A stretch of 64,000 bases of DNA from Nitrospinales bacterium (GCA_965223345.1 CBDCWG010000012.1:480001-544000), one strand, 5' to 3'. Shown: positions 10,934-22,455, counted from the first letter of the stretch. The notes: generated by a model from the sequence alone, not told the origin. Program-made: numbers and translations.

Positions 10934-10984
10934 AAAAAAGTATTAAGCTTTCGAACCAGTGGGCTGACAGCTTAATACTTTTTT
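10934..10984 (-). terminator. Inverted repeat / probable terminator between clpC and bamA
   Basis: AAAAAAGTATTAAGCT-N19-AGCTTAATACTTTTTT, a 16-bp inverted repeat with T tracts on both strands. Confidence 0.6.
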
Positions 10985-11036
10985 CAAAAGATTGATGTCA
11001 TTGGCCGCTTGTTTTTAAGCGGGATTCTAATTCCGA

Positions 11037-13469
11037 TCAACAAGCATTTAGAGCCCCGGCTGATTTTTCTGTGAAAACCAGTTCATCGTCCTGCAAGCCG
11101 ACTTCAATGTGTCCGCCGTTCTTGAACCTGCCTTTCAGCATCTCATCGGAGAGCTTGTCTTCCAGGTATTTCTGGATGGCGCGTTTCAAGGGACGCGCAC
11201 CGAAATGCTTGTCGTAGCCCTTCTCCGCCAGCCAGCGCTTGGCCTGGGTGGTCATCTCCAGGGTGAGTCCCTGCTGGATCAACTGCTCGTTGACCTGATC
11301 GAGCTGAACGTCCAGGATCTCCACGATGTGGTCCAGATTCAACGGACGGAAAACCACCATCTCGCTGATCCGGTTCAAGAATTCAGGATTGAAAGTCCGC
11401 TTCAAGTCCTGTTTCAGCTCCTTCTGCATTTTCTCGAAGGTCAACTCTTCGTCGTCTTTCTGGAAGCCGAGCGTTGAGCCCTTGTCGAGCGCTTTGGAGC
11501 TGATGTTGGAAGTCATGATGATGACGGTGTTCTTGAAATCGATCACGCGACCGTAGCTGTCGGTCAGGCGGCCGTCATCCATGATCTGCAGCAAAAGATG
11601 AAAAACGTCCGGGTTTGCTTTCTCTATTTCATCAAAAAGCACGACGGAGTAGGGCTTGCGCCGCACTTTCTCAGTCAGTTGCCCACCTTCCTCATAGCCG
11701 ACATAGCCTGGAGGCGCGCCGGTCAGCCGGGACACGTTGAATTTTTCCATGTATTCGGACATGTCCAGCCGCACCAGTGCGTCGCGGTTGCCGAACAGAA
11801 ATTCCGCCAGCACGCCCGCCAGTTCGGTTTTGCCCACACCGGTGGGTCCGAGAAACAGGAAGGTGCCGATCGGCCGACGCAGATCCTTGAGCCCCGAGCG
11901 CGAACGACGGATGGCCTTGGTGATGACCTTGATCGCTTCGTCCTGCCCGACGATCTTGCCGGCGAGCTCCTTCTCCATGTTGAGAAGCCGTATGCTTTCT
12001 TTCTCTTCGATGCGGGAGAGCGGGATGCCCGTCATGCTCGACACCACGGCGGCGATGTCCTCCTCGGTGATCGAGGGCTCGCTCATGTCCTGCTCGCTCT
12101 CCCAGCTGCTCTTGACCTTCTCGAGTTCCTCGCGCAAAGTTTCTTCCTTGTCGCGCAGCTCGACGGCCTTCTCAAATTCCTGGTTTTCGATGCAGATTTT
12201 CTTGTCCCGGATGATCGCGTCGATGTCGCGCTGGATCTTGCGCATCTCGGGAGACTGGGTCACCTTGCGCAGCCGCACCCGCGAACCGGCCTCGTCGATC
12301 ACATCGATGGCCTTGTCCGGCAGGAACCGGTCGCTGATGTAGCGGTCGGAATAACGCACGGCGGTGAGGATCGCATCGTCGGTGATCTTGGCCTTGTGGT
12401 GCATCTCGTAGGGAACCTTGAGCCCCTTGATGATCTCGATCGTTTCCTCGATCGTGGGCGGGTTCACCATGATCGGCTGGAACCGCCGTTCCAGCGCACC
12501 GTTTTTCTCGATGTACTTGCGGTACTCTTCCAGCGTGGTCGCGCCGATGCACTGGATCTCGCCGCGCGACAGGGCGGGCTTGAGCATGTTGGAGGCATCC
12601 ACCGAACCTTCCGCGGCGCCCGCACCCACCAGGGTGTGGAGCTCGTCGATGAAGAGGATGATGCTTTCGTTCTGCACGATTTCCTTCATGATGCCTTTCA
12701 ACCGGGCCTCGAACTGACCGCGGTACTTGGTGCCGGCGATCAACGATCCCAGATCCAGGGAAACCACCCGCTTGTCGAACAAGGTGTCGGGCACTTCCCG
12801 CTCTACGACCAACTGCGCCAATCCCTCGACGATCGCCGTCTTGCCCACCCCCGGCTCGCCGATGAGCACAGGGTTGTTTTTGGTGCGGCGGCTCAAAATC
12901 TGAATGACGCGCTCGATTTCCTTGCTGCGTCCGATGATGGGATCGAGCTTGCCGTCCAGCGCCATCTTCGTGAGATCGCGGCTGAACTCATCGAGCGTCG
13001 GGGTTTTGCCGACTTCGCGTGCGCTTTCAGTGGGCTCTCTGAACATCTCGACAATTTTTTCCTTCACATCATCGAAGTACATTCCGAAACTGTTCAGAAC
13101 CCGGCAGGCGACCCCTTCTTTCTCTTTCAACAGCCCCAACAGAAGATGCTCGGTCCCGATGTAGTTGTGATTCAGGGAGCGGGCTTCCTCGACCGCAAAT
13201 TCCAAAACTTTCTTGGCTCGCGACGTAAAAGGGATATCACCGATGATCAACGAGTTGGAACTGCGCGGGAGATTCTTCTCCAGCTCTTTTTTCAACTCGC
13301 GCAGGTCCGTTCCGGATTTCTGGACAATCGCCACCGCGATGCCGCCTCCGTCTTTCACGATACCTTGCAATATGTGTTCCGTTCCAAGATATTCATGCCG
13401 GTAGAGTTCCGCTTCTTCACGCGCAAGAATGATGACTCTGCGAGCTCTTTCTGTGAATCGTTTAAACAT
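11037..13469 (-). CDS. clpC: ATP-dependent Clp protease ATPase subunit ClpC
   Basis: 810 aa; [14 protein letters not shown]-domain, two Walker A motifs ([16 protein letters not shown]), UVR-type linker FEKAVELRD and LGF loop. Confidence 0.95.
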   Translation of the reverse strand: MFKRFTERARRVIILAREEAELYRHEYLGTEHILQGIVKDGGGIAVAIVQKSGTDLRELKKELEKNLPRSSNSLIIGDIPFTSRAKKVLEFAVEEARSLNHNYIGTEHLLLGLLKEKEGVACRVLNSFGMYFDDVKEKIVEMFREPTESAREVGKTPTLDEFSRDLTKMALDGKLDPIIGRSKEIERVIQILSRRTKNNPVLIGEPGVGKTAIVEGLAQLVVEREVPDTLFDKRVVSLDLGSLIAGTKYRGQFEARLKGIMKEIVQNESIILFIDELHTLVGAGAAEGSVDASNMLKPALSRGEIQCIGATTLEEYRKYIEKNGALERRFQPIMVNPPTIEETIEIIKGLKVPYEMHHKAKITDDAILTAVRYSDRYISDRFLPDKAIDVIDEAGSRVRLRKVTQSPEMRKIQRDIDAIIRDKKICIENQEFEKAVELRDKEETLREELEKVKSSWESEQDMSEPSITEEDIAAVVSSMTGIPLSRIEEKESIRLLNMEKELAGKIVGQDEAIKVITKAIRRSRSGLKDLRRPIGTFLFLGPTGVGKTELAGVLAEFLFGNRDALVRLDMSEYMEKFNVSRLTGAPPGYVGYEEGGQLTEKVRRKPYSVVLFDEIEKANPDVFHLLLQIMDDGRLTDSYGRVIDFKNTVIIMTSNISSKALDKGSTLGFQKDDEELTFEKMQKELKQDLKRTFNPEFLNRISEMVVFRPLNLDHIVEILDVQLDQVNEQLIQQGLTLEMTTQAKRWLAEKGYDKHFGARPLKRAIQKYLEDKLSDEMLKGRFKNGGHIEVGLQDDELVFTEKSAGALNAC

Positions 13470-14012
13470 GATTCAAACTTCCTCGGATAAGGATTTGCGG
13501 ATTTGTGCTTTGAGGACCCCGGATTGAACGATTTCGGCTGGGATCGCACGCCGTTTTTTTAGAGGTTGATGCTCATTCCATTTTAGCAAAAGGAACCAAT
13601 TATACAAGGATTTATTTTCCCTCCCCCGATGCCCCATAAGCCATTAAATCCTTTAACGTTTCCATGATTTCAGGACTGCGAATGCGGCCCGGTTTCGGGG
13701 GCTCTGAAGGGGGGCAAAAATCCCGGCGTTTTGCTTTTTTCACAACGCAAAATTCACCATCGTTTTGAATCGGGAACGCTTGTGAGGATCCTGAGAAAAT
13801 TTTCCGTTTTTTCCGCGACGAAAAATTTTTTTCCTCACGTCATTGCGCGCCGGTCCACCCGCAAAAAAAATTGATTTTTTTTCAGCGCGTGCGAATGCGC
13901 GGCGCCGGCAGCGTGCGGAAACAGCGTCAAAAGCCCGCAACCTGTCAAAACGATGACAACATCAGCGGCAAATTTATCAGGGTTTTGACGGTTCGGTTGG
14001 GAGATTCTGCGA

Positions 14013-17000
14013 TCAGGAGTAACCGGCGTCTTTGTGAAAGCAGACAGCGGCGGCGGTGGTGCTGGGCGGGTCGAATTCGTTCGATCCGGTCAGCGTGACG
14101 CCGATGTCCTCGGCCTTGAGGACTTCCCAAATGATTTTGTTGTTGATCAGATCGACGATGGCGGGATAGCCGGGGCTGTAGCGCTGCCCGTTTTTTTCTT
14201 TTTTGTAGCCCGCACGCTCGCGCAGCAGGCGGTGGATGTATTCGGCCAGATCCTCGGTGACCCGGTCGCAAAGCCCCTGCAGATACAAGGCGGATTCCGA
14301 GTCCTGCTCTTTTTTGAAATCGGCGATGACCTTTTCCACCTCGGAGCCTGCGGTGGTGATCTGCAGGCCGATGGCGTCCATGCGGCCGGAGCTTTTGGGA
14401 TAAAAATACTGCGCGACGGAGAACTTGTCCTTGCCGCCCTTGCCGATGCACACGGTGAAGTGCAGCCGGGCGATCTCTTTTTTCAAATCGTTGGGATCGA
14501 AGATCAGCACATCGTCGCCTTCCGACTGCGCCGGCAGCAGGGCGAACCGGGCCTTGGGCTGAATCCAGCCGTTCTTGCCGGCGGCCTCCATCCATTCTTT
14601 TTCAAGCGCTTTGAGCTGTTCGAGCGTCACGCCCTTCTGTTTCCAGGACGACTTCTTGCCATACTTCCAGTTGAGCGAATACAGGCTCTTGGTGTCGATG
14701 TTGGGGCTCAGTTTGTTGAGCTTGAACTCGACCTTGTGCACGCCGAACCCGTCGCGGGGAACCTCATGATTTTTAAAGCTCACGTTGCGGCGCGACAGCT
14801 TTTCCAGCAGTTCGTCCTGCGCTTCCTGCATGCCCTTGGCGCGCTGGTACTCGCGGATCAGCCGCTCCCTGTTCGACTCGATGTACTGGGCGCGGGCACT
14901 TGCATCCTGCAGCGCGTTCATGGTGTTGACCCCGTCCATGCCGCTCTCGCAGTAAAACACGTTGTCGAGAATCTTCCCGGTCTCGCCCTGTCCGTGCATG
15001 GCCACGTAGCCCGCGTGCCGGTGGTTGACCGGCGCGCCGCCGATCAGGATGGGCAGGCTGCAGGCCCGTTCGGCCAGCATGCGCGCCACGGTGATCATGT
15101 GGTTGGAGGTCTGCACCAGAAGCGCGCTCATGCCGATGGCGTCGGCGTTTTCCTGTTTGGCGGTCTCGATGAAGCGTTCCAGCGGCACCTGCACGCCGAG
15201 ATCGATGACGCGGTAGCCGTAGTTTTCCAGCAACGTTTTGGCGAGGTCCTTGCCGATGCTGTGCACGTCCTGATAGACCGTGCCGATGACCACCACGCCT
15301 TTGTATTCAATCACCGAGCCTTCGGTGACGCCGCTCTGCACGCGCATGAGCCACTCCAGATACTCCATGACGCCGCGCATGACGTCGGCGCTTTTCAACA
15401 GATGCGGCAGGCTCACCTCGCCGCGGCCGAAGCCGTCGCCCAGCTCGCGCATGGCTTTCATCAGGTACTCGCTGATGAAATCGAGAGGCGCGTGCGTTTT
15501 CACCGCCTCGACCACATCGAGCACAATGCGGTCGCGGTACTGAAAACTCTGGCCTTCGACGTCGAGCGCACCCTGTTCCTTCTGCTTGTAGCCGTCCTTG
15601 ATCTTCTGGCAGATCCGCTCTTCGAGTGTGAGTCCCTTATAATCGACCTTCTTCTGCACCGCGCCGGTCTTCTTGGTGACGGCGATCTGTTCCAGCTCCT
15701 CGAACGCTTCCATGTCGCGGTGCAGGATGACTTTGCGCGCGAGATCCACGTCGTGCTGGGTCAGGCTTTCCAGCGGCACGTAGTGATTGGGGTTTAAAAT
15801 GGCGCAGTCCAGCCCCACCTTGCGCGCCTCGTCGAGGAACACGCTGGTGAGCACCTTGCGCATGTAGGGTTTCTGCCCGAGGCCGTTGGTCAGGTTGCCC
15901 ACGCCGATGGAGGTTTTGAGATCGGGATGGATCGCCTTGATGCGCGGCAGGCAGCTCAGGGTTTCGGCGCAGAAGTTGAGCCCCTCCACCGATTCGCTGC
16001 CGATGGGGTAGGCGTTGACGTCGATCAAAAGCTGGTCCGGCCCGACGCCGCGCTCGCCCGCCAGCTTGACGATTTCCGCGGCGAGGTCGTATTTTTCTTG
16101 CGCCGTCTGCCCCGGCCCTTCGGGACCGTTCACCAGCGCGATGTAGACCGGGTTGTGTGCGGCCGTGCCGTCGAGCACCGCCTCGAGTTTGGAGACCCCT
16201 TCTTCGTATTCTTCCAGGCTGATGGAATTGATGATAGGCCGGCCGGGATAGGTTTCGATCGCCCGGTTGAGCGCCTCGACGGAAAAACTGTCGATGCACA
16301 TCACGCCTTTGAAATCGCTCGTCAGATCGTGGATCAGTTGAGGCAGCAGGGTTTCGGTTTCGACGATGTTGCTGTCCATGCACACGTCGATGATGTCGAT
16401 GCCCAGATCCTGCACCTGCTCGGTGACCACTTCCTCCAGCACCGGCAGCTGCACGTCCCCGGAAGACTCGACGGCGTCGCGCACTTTCTTGCTGCCGCGC
16501 ACGTTGAGCCGTTCGCCGATGCGGATCAGGCTTTCGGCCCCGTCCAGAGCCACGGCGTTCTGCGGGCCGGAAACGTAGCACTGCGGTTCGATTTCATTCT
16601 TCCTGCGCTCGACAATCTGGATGCGCTCTTTGAGCGCCCGGATGTGCGCCGGGGTGGTGCCACAGCAGCCGCCGACGATGGACACGCCGTGTTGCTCGAC
16701 AAATTCGGCGACCGCCTCGGCCATCTTGCCGGGTTCGAGCTGGTAGCAGGTCTTGCCGTCCACGGACACCGGCTGGCCGGCGTTGGGCACGACGGAGATG
16801 GGAAGCGCCGCAAACCGGCTCATCTTCTGCACGGCCTGGGTCATCAATTCGGGGCCGACGTTGCAGTTGATGCCGAACACGTCGATCCCCATGCCCGCGA
16901 CCGCCGTGTGGGCGGCGTGGATGTCGGTGTTGAAAATCTGCATCTTGGCGTGCTGGTCCACCGTCACCTGCACCATGATGGGAAGCGCGGCGTTCTTTTC

Positions 17001-17627
17001 CTTCAGCGCCCGCTTGGCCCCGAGGATCGCGGCTTTGGTTTCGAGGATGTCCTGCTGCGTCTCGAACAACAACACGTCCACACCGCCGTCGATCAACCCG
17101 AGGACCTGAAGATAAAAATTTTCCTCGATCTGCCGGAACGTGGCCTTGCTCAGATTGGCCTGGGTGCTGGACACGACGTAGTTGGACGGACCGATGGACC
17201 CCGCCACGAACAGAGCGCGGCCGTCGTACTCGGGACTGTTCTTGTAGCGCTCCACCGCATCTCTGGCGATTTGGCCGCCGAGGCAGTTGAGCTGCTGCGT
17301 GATCGCCTTGAGATCGCAGGCGGAAAGGTCGAGTCCTTCCGGCAGCGCCTGGATATCGTCGGTGTCGATGCGGGAAAAATCGAATTCCTTGAGACGCAGC
17401 GGCGACGCGCCGAACGTGTTGGTCTCGATGATGTCCGCGCCGGCCTCGAGATATTTCAAATGAATGCCTTCCAGATCTTTGGGACGGGAAAACACCAGAA
17501 GATCGGTCAGCATCTTGAACTCTTCGCCGCCGAACGCGGCGTCGGTGAGTTCCAGGTTCTGCACCATGGTTCCCATGGCGCCGTCCATGACCAGAACTTT
17601 CTTTTCTAATTCACTGGCAAACGTCAT
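14013..17627 (-). CDS. metH: Cobalamin-dependent methionine synthase
   Basis: DGAMGTM, GINC and GGCCGTTP (homocysteine domain), IGERLNVRGS (pterin domain), DVHSIGK (B12-binding), RYSPGYP (activation domain). Confidence 0.93.
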   Translation of the reverse strand: MTFASELEKKVLVMDGAMGTMVQNLELTDAAFGGEEFKMLTDLLVFSRPKDLEGIHLKYLEAGADIIETNTFGASPLRLKEFDFSRIDTDDIQALPEGLDLSACDLKAITQQLNCLGGQIARDAVERYKNSPEYDGRALFVAGSIGPSNYVVSSTQANLSKATFRQIEENFYLQVLGLIDGGVDVLLFETQQDILETKAAILGAKRALKEKNAALPIMVQVTVDQHAKMQIFNTDIHAAHTAVAGMGIDVFGINCNVGPELMTQAVQKMSRFAALPISVVPNAGQPVSVDGKTCYQLEPGKMAEAVAEFVEQHGVSIVGGCCGTTPAHIRALKERIQIVERRKNEIEPQCYVSGPQNAVALDGAESLIRIGERLNVRGSKKVRDAVESSGDVQLPVLEEVVTEQVQDLGIDIIDVCMDSNIVETETLLPQLIHDLTSDFKGVMCIDSFSVEALNRAIETYPGRPIINSISLEEYEEGVSKLEAVLDGTAAHNPVYIALVNGPEGPGQTAQEKYDLAAEIVKLAGERGVGPDQLLIDVNAYPIGSESVEGLNFCAETLSCLPRIKAIHPDLKTSIGVGNLTNGLGQKPYMRKVLTSVFLDEARKVGLDCAILNPNHYVPLESLTQHDVDLARKVILHRDMEAFEELEQIAVTKKTGAVQKKVDYKGLTLEERICQKIKDGYKQKEQGALDVEGQSFQYRDRIVLDVVEAVKTHAPLDFISEYLMKAMRELGDGFGRGEVSLPHLLKSADVMRGVMEYLEWLMRVQSGVTEGSVIEYKGVVVIGTVYQDVHSIGKDLAKTLLENYGYRVIDLGVQVPLERFIETAKQENADAIGMSALLVQTSNHMITVARMLAERACSLPILIGGAPVNHRHAGYVAMHGQGETGKILDNVFYCESGMDGVNTMNALQDASARAQYIESNRERLIREYQRAKGMQEAQDELLEKLSRRNVSFKNHEVPRDGFGVHKVEFKLNKLSPNIDTKSLYSLNWKYGKKSSWKQKGVTLEQLKALEKEWMEAAGKNGWIQPKARFALLPAQSEGDDVLIFDPNDLKKEIARLHFTVCIGKGGKDKFSVAQYFYPKSSGRMDAIGLQITTAGSEVEKVIADFKKEQDSESALYLQGLCDRVTEDLAEYIHRLLRERAGYKKEKNGQRYSPGYPAIVDLINNKIIWEVLKAEDIGVTLTGSNEFDPPSTTAAAVCFHKDAGYS

Positions 17628-17890
17628 GATTCTCCGCGAAAAAAATACCCGGGCTGTTCCTGCAGCTGTTTTAGGGGCTCGGTGTTATCGGGGGTGGGAA
17701 ATCGAATCCGGCTTTAAGAAATAAAGCTATTTTGAAGCAATTGCAAAAAAATTGCACACGCAAATTGCTGCCCTCCGCACAAGCACGCCCCGCAAGGCTT
17801 GCAGCGCCCCCTTCGAAGCATTGAGAACGATGCCTGGATTATAGCATTGTCGCCGCTGTGCCCGGCCGTTTTCACCACGAAGGGGGCGTT

Positions 17891-20287
17891 TTAAACTTCG
17901 TCACTCCCGGTTGCGGACCCGGGACGCTGCGGCAGGGTGAGAATGAAGGTGGAACCGAGGCCCGGCCGGCTTTCCGCGGTGAGGGCGCCGCCGTGGCGTT
18001 CCACGATTTTGCGGCAGATGGACAGCCCCATGCCCGAGCCTTCGTACTCGCTGCGGCCGTGCAGGCGTTCGAAGGGCTCGAAGATGCGTTCCAGTTGATC
18101 GGGTTCAAACCCGATGCCGTTGTCCTGCACGCGGATCTCATGATGCCCGGACGCCAGCGGACGGTGGCGGATCGTCACCTCCGGCGGTTCTCCCGGCTTG
18201 TGAAATTTCAGCGCGTTGGAAATCAGATTCTGAAACAACTGGTGCATCTGCATGCGGTCCGCTTCGAGTTCGGGCAGCGGGTCCACCTGCACCCTGCCCT
18301 GGGTCTGGGTGAGCAGGGTCTCCAGCATGGCCAGGGTTCCCTCGACCACTTCGCTCAAACGGATCTTCTGAAACAACGCGGTGCCCTTGATGGAGACCCG
18401 CGAATACTGCAACAGGTCCTCGATGAGCCCCTGCATCCGGTGCACAGCGCGCTCCATGCGGTCGAGGTAGTCCTGTCCTTTCACACCGAGATTTTCGGAA
18501 CAGTCCTTGCGCAGACGGTCGGAAAACGCCGTGACTTTGCGCAGCGGTTCCTGAAGATCGTGCGAGGCGGTGGCGGCGAAGTTCCGCAGCTCCCGGTTGC
18601 TGCGTTCCAGCTCCTGGGTGTAGGAGCGCGAGGGCTCGCGCGCCCCGCGGCTTTCCTGGATCTCCTGACGCAAGCGCTCGTTGATGCGCAGCAACTCGCG
18701 GGTGCGGTCGCGCACGCGCTGTTCCAGATCCGCCTCGCCGGCTTGCGGTTGCGGGGTTTCCCGCCGTTGCGGTTGCGCTTCGACCGCCGGGATTTGCGTT
18801 TCCACGCCCCGGTATCCGAGAAACGCCCCCGCTTCGCCCCAGATCGGCGACGCCTGCGATTTCAGATACACACGGGTTCCTTCCTTGTGCACGTAGGGAA
18901 ACAGCACGCCTTCGATTTTCCCCCTTTTGGCGAACACGTTGAACGCGGTGGTCTTCGCTTCTTCACGGCAGGCCGGATCGAACAGGTCGAAAAAGAATTT
19001 TTTCCCCACCAGATCCCCGGGCGCGTGCCCCAAGAAGTCCTGCACGGCGTCGCTGCAATACGTGAACGTTCCCTGCGCATCGACCTCCCAGATCCACACA
19101 GCTTCCACCGGCTGGGCGCTGTGCGATTCGCTCTTCTTCAGAGCCGCGGCGGTGCGCTTGAGATCTTCCTCCACCGTTTTGAGCCGTTGCTCGCGCAGCG
19201 AGGCTTCTTTCTCGATCCGCTGCTTCACCGCTTCCAGGCTTGAGATGCGCTCTTCCTGCTGCCGGTGCGCCGATTGCAGCGATTCGCGTTCCTGCCGCAG
19301 GCGGTCGAGGAACGACCCGCTCTCCAGCAGGTCGGCTTCCAGCTTGAGCCACAGTTTCTCCATCTGCACCAGTTTGTCTTCCTTATCTTTGAGTGCGCGC
19401 CCGGCCTGAAGCAGAGCGTCGTTGAGGCGGGACAATTCTTTATCATGATCCGCCTGCAAGCGTTCGAGCTTGAGCCGTTCGTTGTCCGACTGCTCGAGCT
19501 GGGTGCCGGCGGCCAGCAGATCGCGCTCGGCCTGTTGCAGGTTCTTTTTCACGAGGCGCAACTGTTCCTCTTTTTTCCACACATCGTCGCGCAACCGGTC
19601 GCGCTCTTCCTTTGTCCGCGCCTGTTCGGCCTGCGCTTCTTCCCGTTCCGCAGACACGCGCGCCTGTTCGGCCTCCGCTTCGCTGCGCTTTTGTTTCTCC
19701 TGTTCCAGTTTTTCTTCCAGCGCGTGCTTTTCTTCCTGCGATTGCGCCAGCACGTTCTCTTTGATCAGCAGGTCGGCGCTCAATGTGCGGCAGTCTTCCT
19801 GCACGCGTTCGAGCGATCGGCGTTTTTCCAGCAGGCTTTCTTCTATCTGTTTTTTTTCGTGGTCGAGCCGGTGGATGTGGACGTTCTGCGTATTCAGGGC
19901 CTGTTCGAATTCCTCGCGTTTCTCGCGGGCTTTTTTCTGCATCAGGCCCGCAACGGCTGTGAGCCAGATGACGAAAACAGCGGCGCCGCGATTGGAAATT
20001 TCCTGCACGAATTCTGTGGGCGGGAACAGCAGGTAAAAACCCAGACCGGTCAGCAGGGTGCCGCCGACGGCGGCAGTGAGGATGTAGGCGCGGCCGGGCC
20101 ACGCCACGCCGATGAGCACCACCAGCGCGTAGCCGACGCAAACGGCGATGCCGCCCCCCAGCCAGAGGTCGAGCCCGAACACATCGGCGGCGATGAACAG
20201 GCCACCGAGGATGAGCAGGGGATCCCCGCCTTGATTTTTCTGGACGTCCGCCGTCATCGCAATGCCCCAGGGTGTTGAGATTCCCAT
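17891..20287 (-). CDS. Membrane sensor histidine kinase with long coiled coil and PAS domain
   Basis: N-terminal hydrophobic helices, a long E/K/Q/L-rich coiled coil, PAS (WIWEVDAQG), ASHDLQEPLRK H-box, NLISNALKF, DNGIG and GSGMGL. Start may be ATG 20257. Confidence 0.9.
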   Translation of the reverse strand: MGISTPWGIAMTADVQKNQGGDPLLILGGLFIAADVFGLDLWLGGGIAVCVGYALVVLIGVAWPGRAYILTAAVGGTLLTGLGFYLLFPPTEFVQEISNRGAAVFVIWLTAVAGLMQKKAREKREEFEQALNTQNVHIHRLDHEKKQIEESLLEKRRSLERVQEDCRTLSADLLIKENVLAQSQEEKHALEEKLEQEKQKRSEAEAEQARVSAEREEAQAEQARTKEERDRLRDDVWKKEEQLRLVKKNLQQAERDLLAAGTQLEQSDNERLKLERLQADHDKELSRLNDALLQAGRALKDKEDKLVQMEKLWLKLEADLLESGSFLDRLRQERESLQSAHRQQEERISSLEAVKQRIEKEASLREQRLKTVEEDLKRTAAALKKSESHSAQPVEAVWIWEVDAQGTFTYCSDAVQDFLGHAPGDLVGKKFFFDLFDPACREEAKTTAFNVFAKRGKIEGVLFPYVHKEGTRVYLKSQASPIWGEAGAFLGYRGVETQIPAVEAQPQRRETPQPQAGEADLEQRVRDRTRELLRINERLRQEIQESRGAREPSRSYTQELERSNRELRNFAATASHDLQEPLRKVTAFSDRLRKDCSENLGVKGQDYLDRMERAVHRMQGLIEDLLQYSRVSIKGTALFQKIRLSEVVEGTLAMLETLLTQTQGRVQVDPLPELEADRMQMHQLFQNLISNALKFHKPGEPPEVTIRHRPLASGHHEIRVQDNGIGFEPDQLERIFEPFERLHGRSEYEGSGMGLSICRKIVERHGGALTAESRPGLGSTFILTLPQRPGSATGSDEV

Positions 20288-20397
20288 AAGTTACAGACAT
20301 ACCTACCTGTTTTCAACGGCATAATGTATACTCAAGGCTTCATCCCTACAGGTTGTTTCTGAAGTCGCCCGTTTCTTTTTCAGGAGTTCGGAATGCC

Positions 20398-21561
20398 ATG
20401 AAAAAAACCCGTGTTAGCGCCCACTTCACCCACACGCAACGCAATCTGACCGGCTGGTTCTGTTTGATTTTTTTTCTGGCCGCCGTCACGAACGCCAACT
20501 GCTCGGGCCTGAATCCTCCCGACATCTCCCGTCTGAACCTCACGATTCCGGCGGGCGTTTCGTTGACTCTGTTCGCCAACAACGTCCCGGCGGCGCGCCA
20601 CATGGCGTTCGACGACCAGGGCATCCTGTTTCTCAGCCAGCACCGTGCCGGCAAGGTGGTGGCGCTGCCCGATAAAGACAAGGACGGACGCTCCGACCAA
20701 GCCGTGGAAATTCTGGTCAACCGCAAGACTCCGCACGGTCTCGCTTTCGTTCAACTCGACTCGGGCTATTACCTTTATGTGGCCGAGGAGCACCAGGTCG
20801 TGCGCCTGAAGCGCACCGGCAAACCCTACAGCTACGGCAAGCCGAAAGTGATCGTATCCGGCATCCCCGAAGGCGGCCATTCCACCCGCACCATCAAAAT
20901 CAAAGACGGCAAGCTCTACCTTTCGGTGGGATCGTCCTGCAATGTCTGCCTGGAGAAACACCGGTACCGGTCGGCCATCATCCGCTTCGACCTGGACGGG
21001 TCGAACGAAGAGATCTTCGCGGAGGGCCTGCGCAATTCGGTGGGCATCGAGTTTTCCCCCTACAGCGGCGAGCTCTGGGGCGTGAACAACGGGCGCGACC
21101 GGCTGGGCGACGACACGCCGCGCGAGGAACTCAACATCATCCGTCAGGGCAAGCACTACGGCTGGCCCTACTGCTACGAGGACCGCGTGTTCGACACGGA
21201 TTTCAACAAACCGTTCGACTGCGCGAAAACCGTGCCGCCCGCCCACACTTTCACCGCGCACATGGCGCCTTTGGGGCTGGTGTTTTACCAGAACGGAAGC
21301 CTGCCGGAAAAATACAACAACAGCGTGTTCGTTTCCTTCCACGGTTCGTGGAACCGCTCGGTGCCGGCGGGTTACAAGGTGATGCGTGTGATCCTCAACG
21401 AAAAGGGCGAGATCGTCTCCGACGAGGACTTCATCACGGGCTGGCTGAAAGAGGGCGGCAAGCGCGACGGACGGCCGGTGGATATGGAACAGTCGCCGGA
21501 AGGGGACCTCTACCTGTCCGACGACACGCTGGGGGTGGTCTACAAAATCTCCGGCCGCTGA
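20398..21561 (+). CDS. PQQ-dependent sugar / sorbosone dehydrogenase family beta-propeller
   Basis: GSSCNVC, GLRNSVG, NGRDRLGDD, YGWPYC, AHMAPLG, HGSWNR and GRPVD motifs; signal peptide. Confidence 0.88.
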   Translation: MKKTRVSAHFTHTQRNLTGWFCLIFFLAAVTNANCSGLNPPDISRLNLTIPAGVSLTLFANNVPAARHMAFDDQGILFLSQHRAGKVVALPDKDKDGRSDQAVEILVNRKTPHGLAFVQLDSGYYLYVAEEHQVVRLKRTGKPYSYGKPKVIVSGIPEGGHSTRTIKIKDGKLYLSVGSSCNVCLEKHRYRSAIIRFDLDGSNEEIFAEGLRNSVGIEFSPYSGELWGVNNGRDRLGDDTPREELNIIRQGKHYGWPYCYEDRVFDTDFNKPFDCAKTVPPAHTFTAHMAPLGLVFYQNGSLPEKYNNSVFVSFHGSWNRSVPAGYKVMRVILNEKGEIVSDEDFITGWLKEGGKRDGRPVDMEQSPEGDLYLSDDTLGVVYKISGR

Positions 21562-21567
21562 GCGGAT

Positions 21568-22455
21568 TTATGTGAGGTTTTTTTCGGGTTCTTTTTTCTG
21601 ACTGAACAGCGGCTTGCGGTCCTTGGCGCAGCGGAATCCCACGTCCTTTTTCCTGGAAAAGGGATGCAGTTTTTCGCGAAAGCTGGCGCGCGCTTTCAGG
21701 GCGAGGACTCTCTTGTACTCCTTGCCCTTGAAATGCCCGACGCTCAGGTAGGAGAGGCCGCGCACCACGATGAAATTTTTATCGTATTCCTCTGAGTGGT
21801 AGGTGCTGCCCTCGTAGGGGCGGTAATAATCCCACACCCATTCCCAGACGTTTCCGATCATGTCGTGCACCCCGAACGGGCTTTGTCCCTGCGGGTAGCT
21901 GCCGACGGGCTTGAGCCCGTGACCGGTTTTTTTTCTGGCGGACGGGCTGAGGTTCGCCGCATCGGGATCGAAATCGTTTCCCCAGGGAAAGTAATTGCCC
22001 AGCGGACCGCGGGCGGCTTTTTCCCATTCCTCTTCGGTGGGCAGCCGCTTTCCCGCCCATTGGGCGTAGTAGCTGGCGTCGAAGTAGCTCACGTAGGACA
22101 CAGGCCAGTCGCCCTGCCCCTCCGGATATTTGGGGCTGCCCCAGATGGCGGGCGTGCGGTGGCCGGTCGCCTGACAAAAGATGTAGTACTGGCGGTTGGT
22201 CACTTCGTACTGGTCGATGAAATACGCACGCGTGGGCACCCGGCGCTCGGGGGTTTCGTCGATGAACCAGGGTTTGGCGAGCCCCACGCTCAGCGCGTGC
22301 TGTTTTTTATCGACGGCGTCGGTGCCCATGGTGAATTCCCCTGCGGGAATGAGCACCATGCCTTCGGGCGTGGGTTCGAACAGGCAACCGCCGCACAATC
22401 CCAGCGCCGCAAGCAGGGCGAGACACTTCCATTTGAAATGAGAATGCAAAACCAT
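21568..22455 (-). CDS. Formylglycine-generating enzyme (SUMF1/EgtB/PvdO) family lipoprotein
   Basis: MVLIPAGEFTMG, YEVTN, RLPTEEEWEKAARG, DMIGNVWEW and GFRCA motifs; lipobox-like LCGGC; start placed at ATG 22455. Confidence 0.85.
   Translation of the reverse strand: MVLHSHFKWKCLALLAALGLCGGCLFEPTPEGMVLIPAGEFTMGTDAVDKKQHALSVGLAKPWFIDETPERRVPTRAYFIDQYEVTNRQYYIFCQATGHRTPAIWGSPKYPEGQGDWPVSYVSYFDASYYAQWAGKRLPTEEEWEKAARGPLGNYFPWGNDFDPDAANLSPSARKKTGHGLKPVGSYPQGQSPFGVHDMIGNVWEWVWDYYRPYEGSTYHSEEYDKNFIVVRGLSYLSVGHFKGKEYKRVLALKARASFREKLHPFSRKKDVGFRCAKDRKPLFSQKKEPEKNLT

Noticed and set aside
13470..14012. CIRCE or CtsR heat-shock operator upstream of clpC
   Set aside because: No TTAGCACTC-N9-GAGTGCTAA and no GGTCAAA-type direct repeat was found in the spacer.
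17760..17820. SAH-riboswitch-like GGGGCGCTGCAA upstream of metH (minus strand)
   Set aside because: The downstream CCAGGCTC and CGGCGCTC elements of the SAH aptamer are absent; no SAM or cobalamin riboswitch core was seen either.
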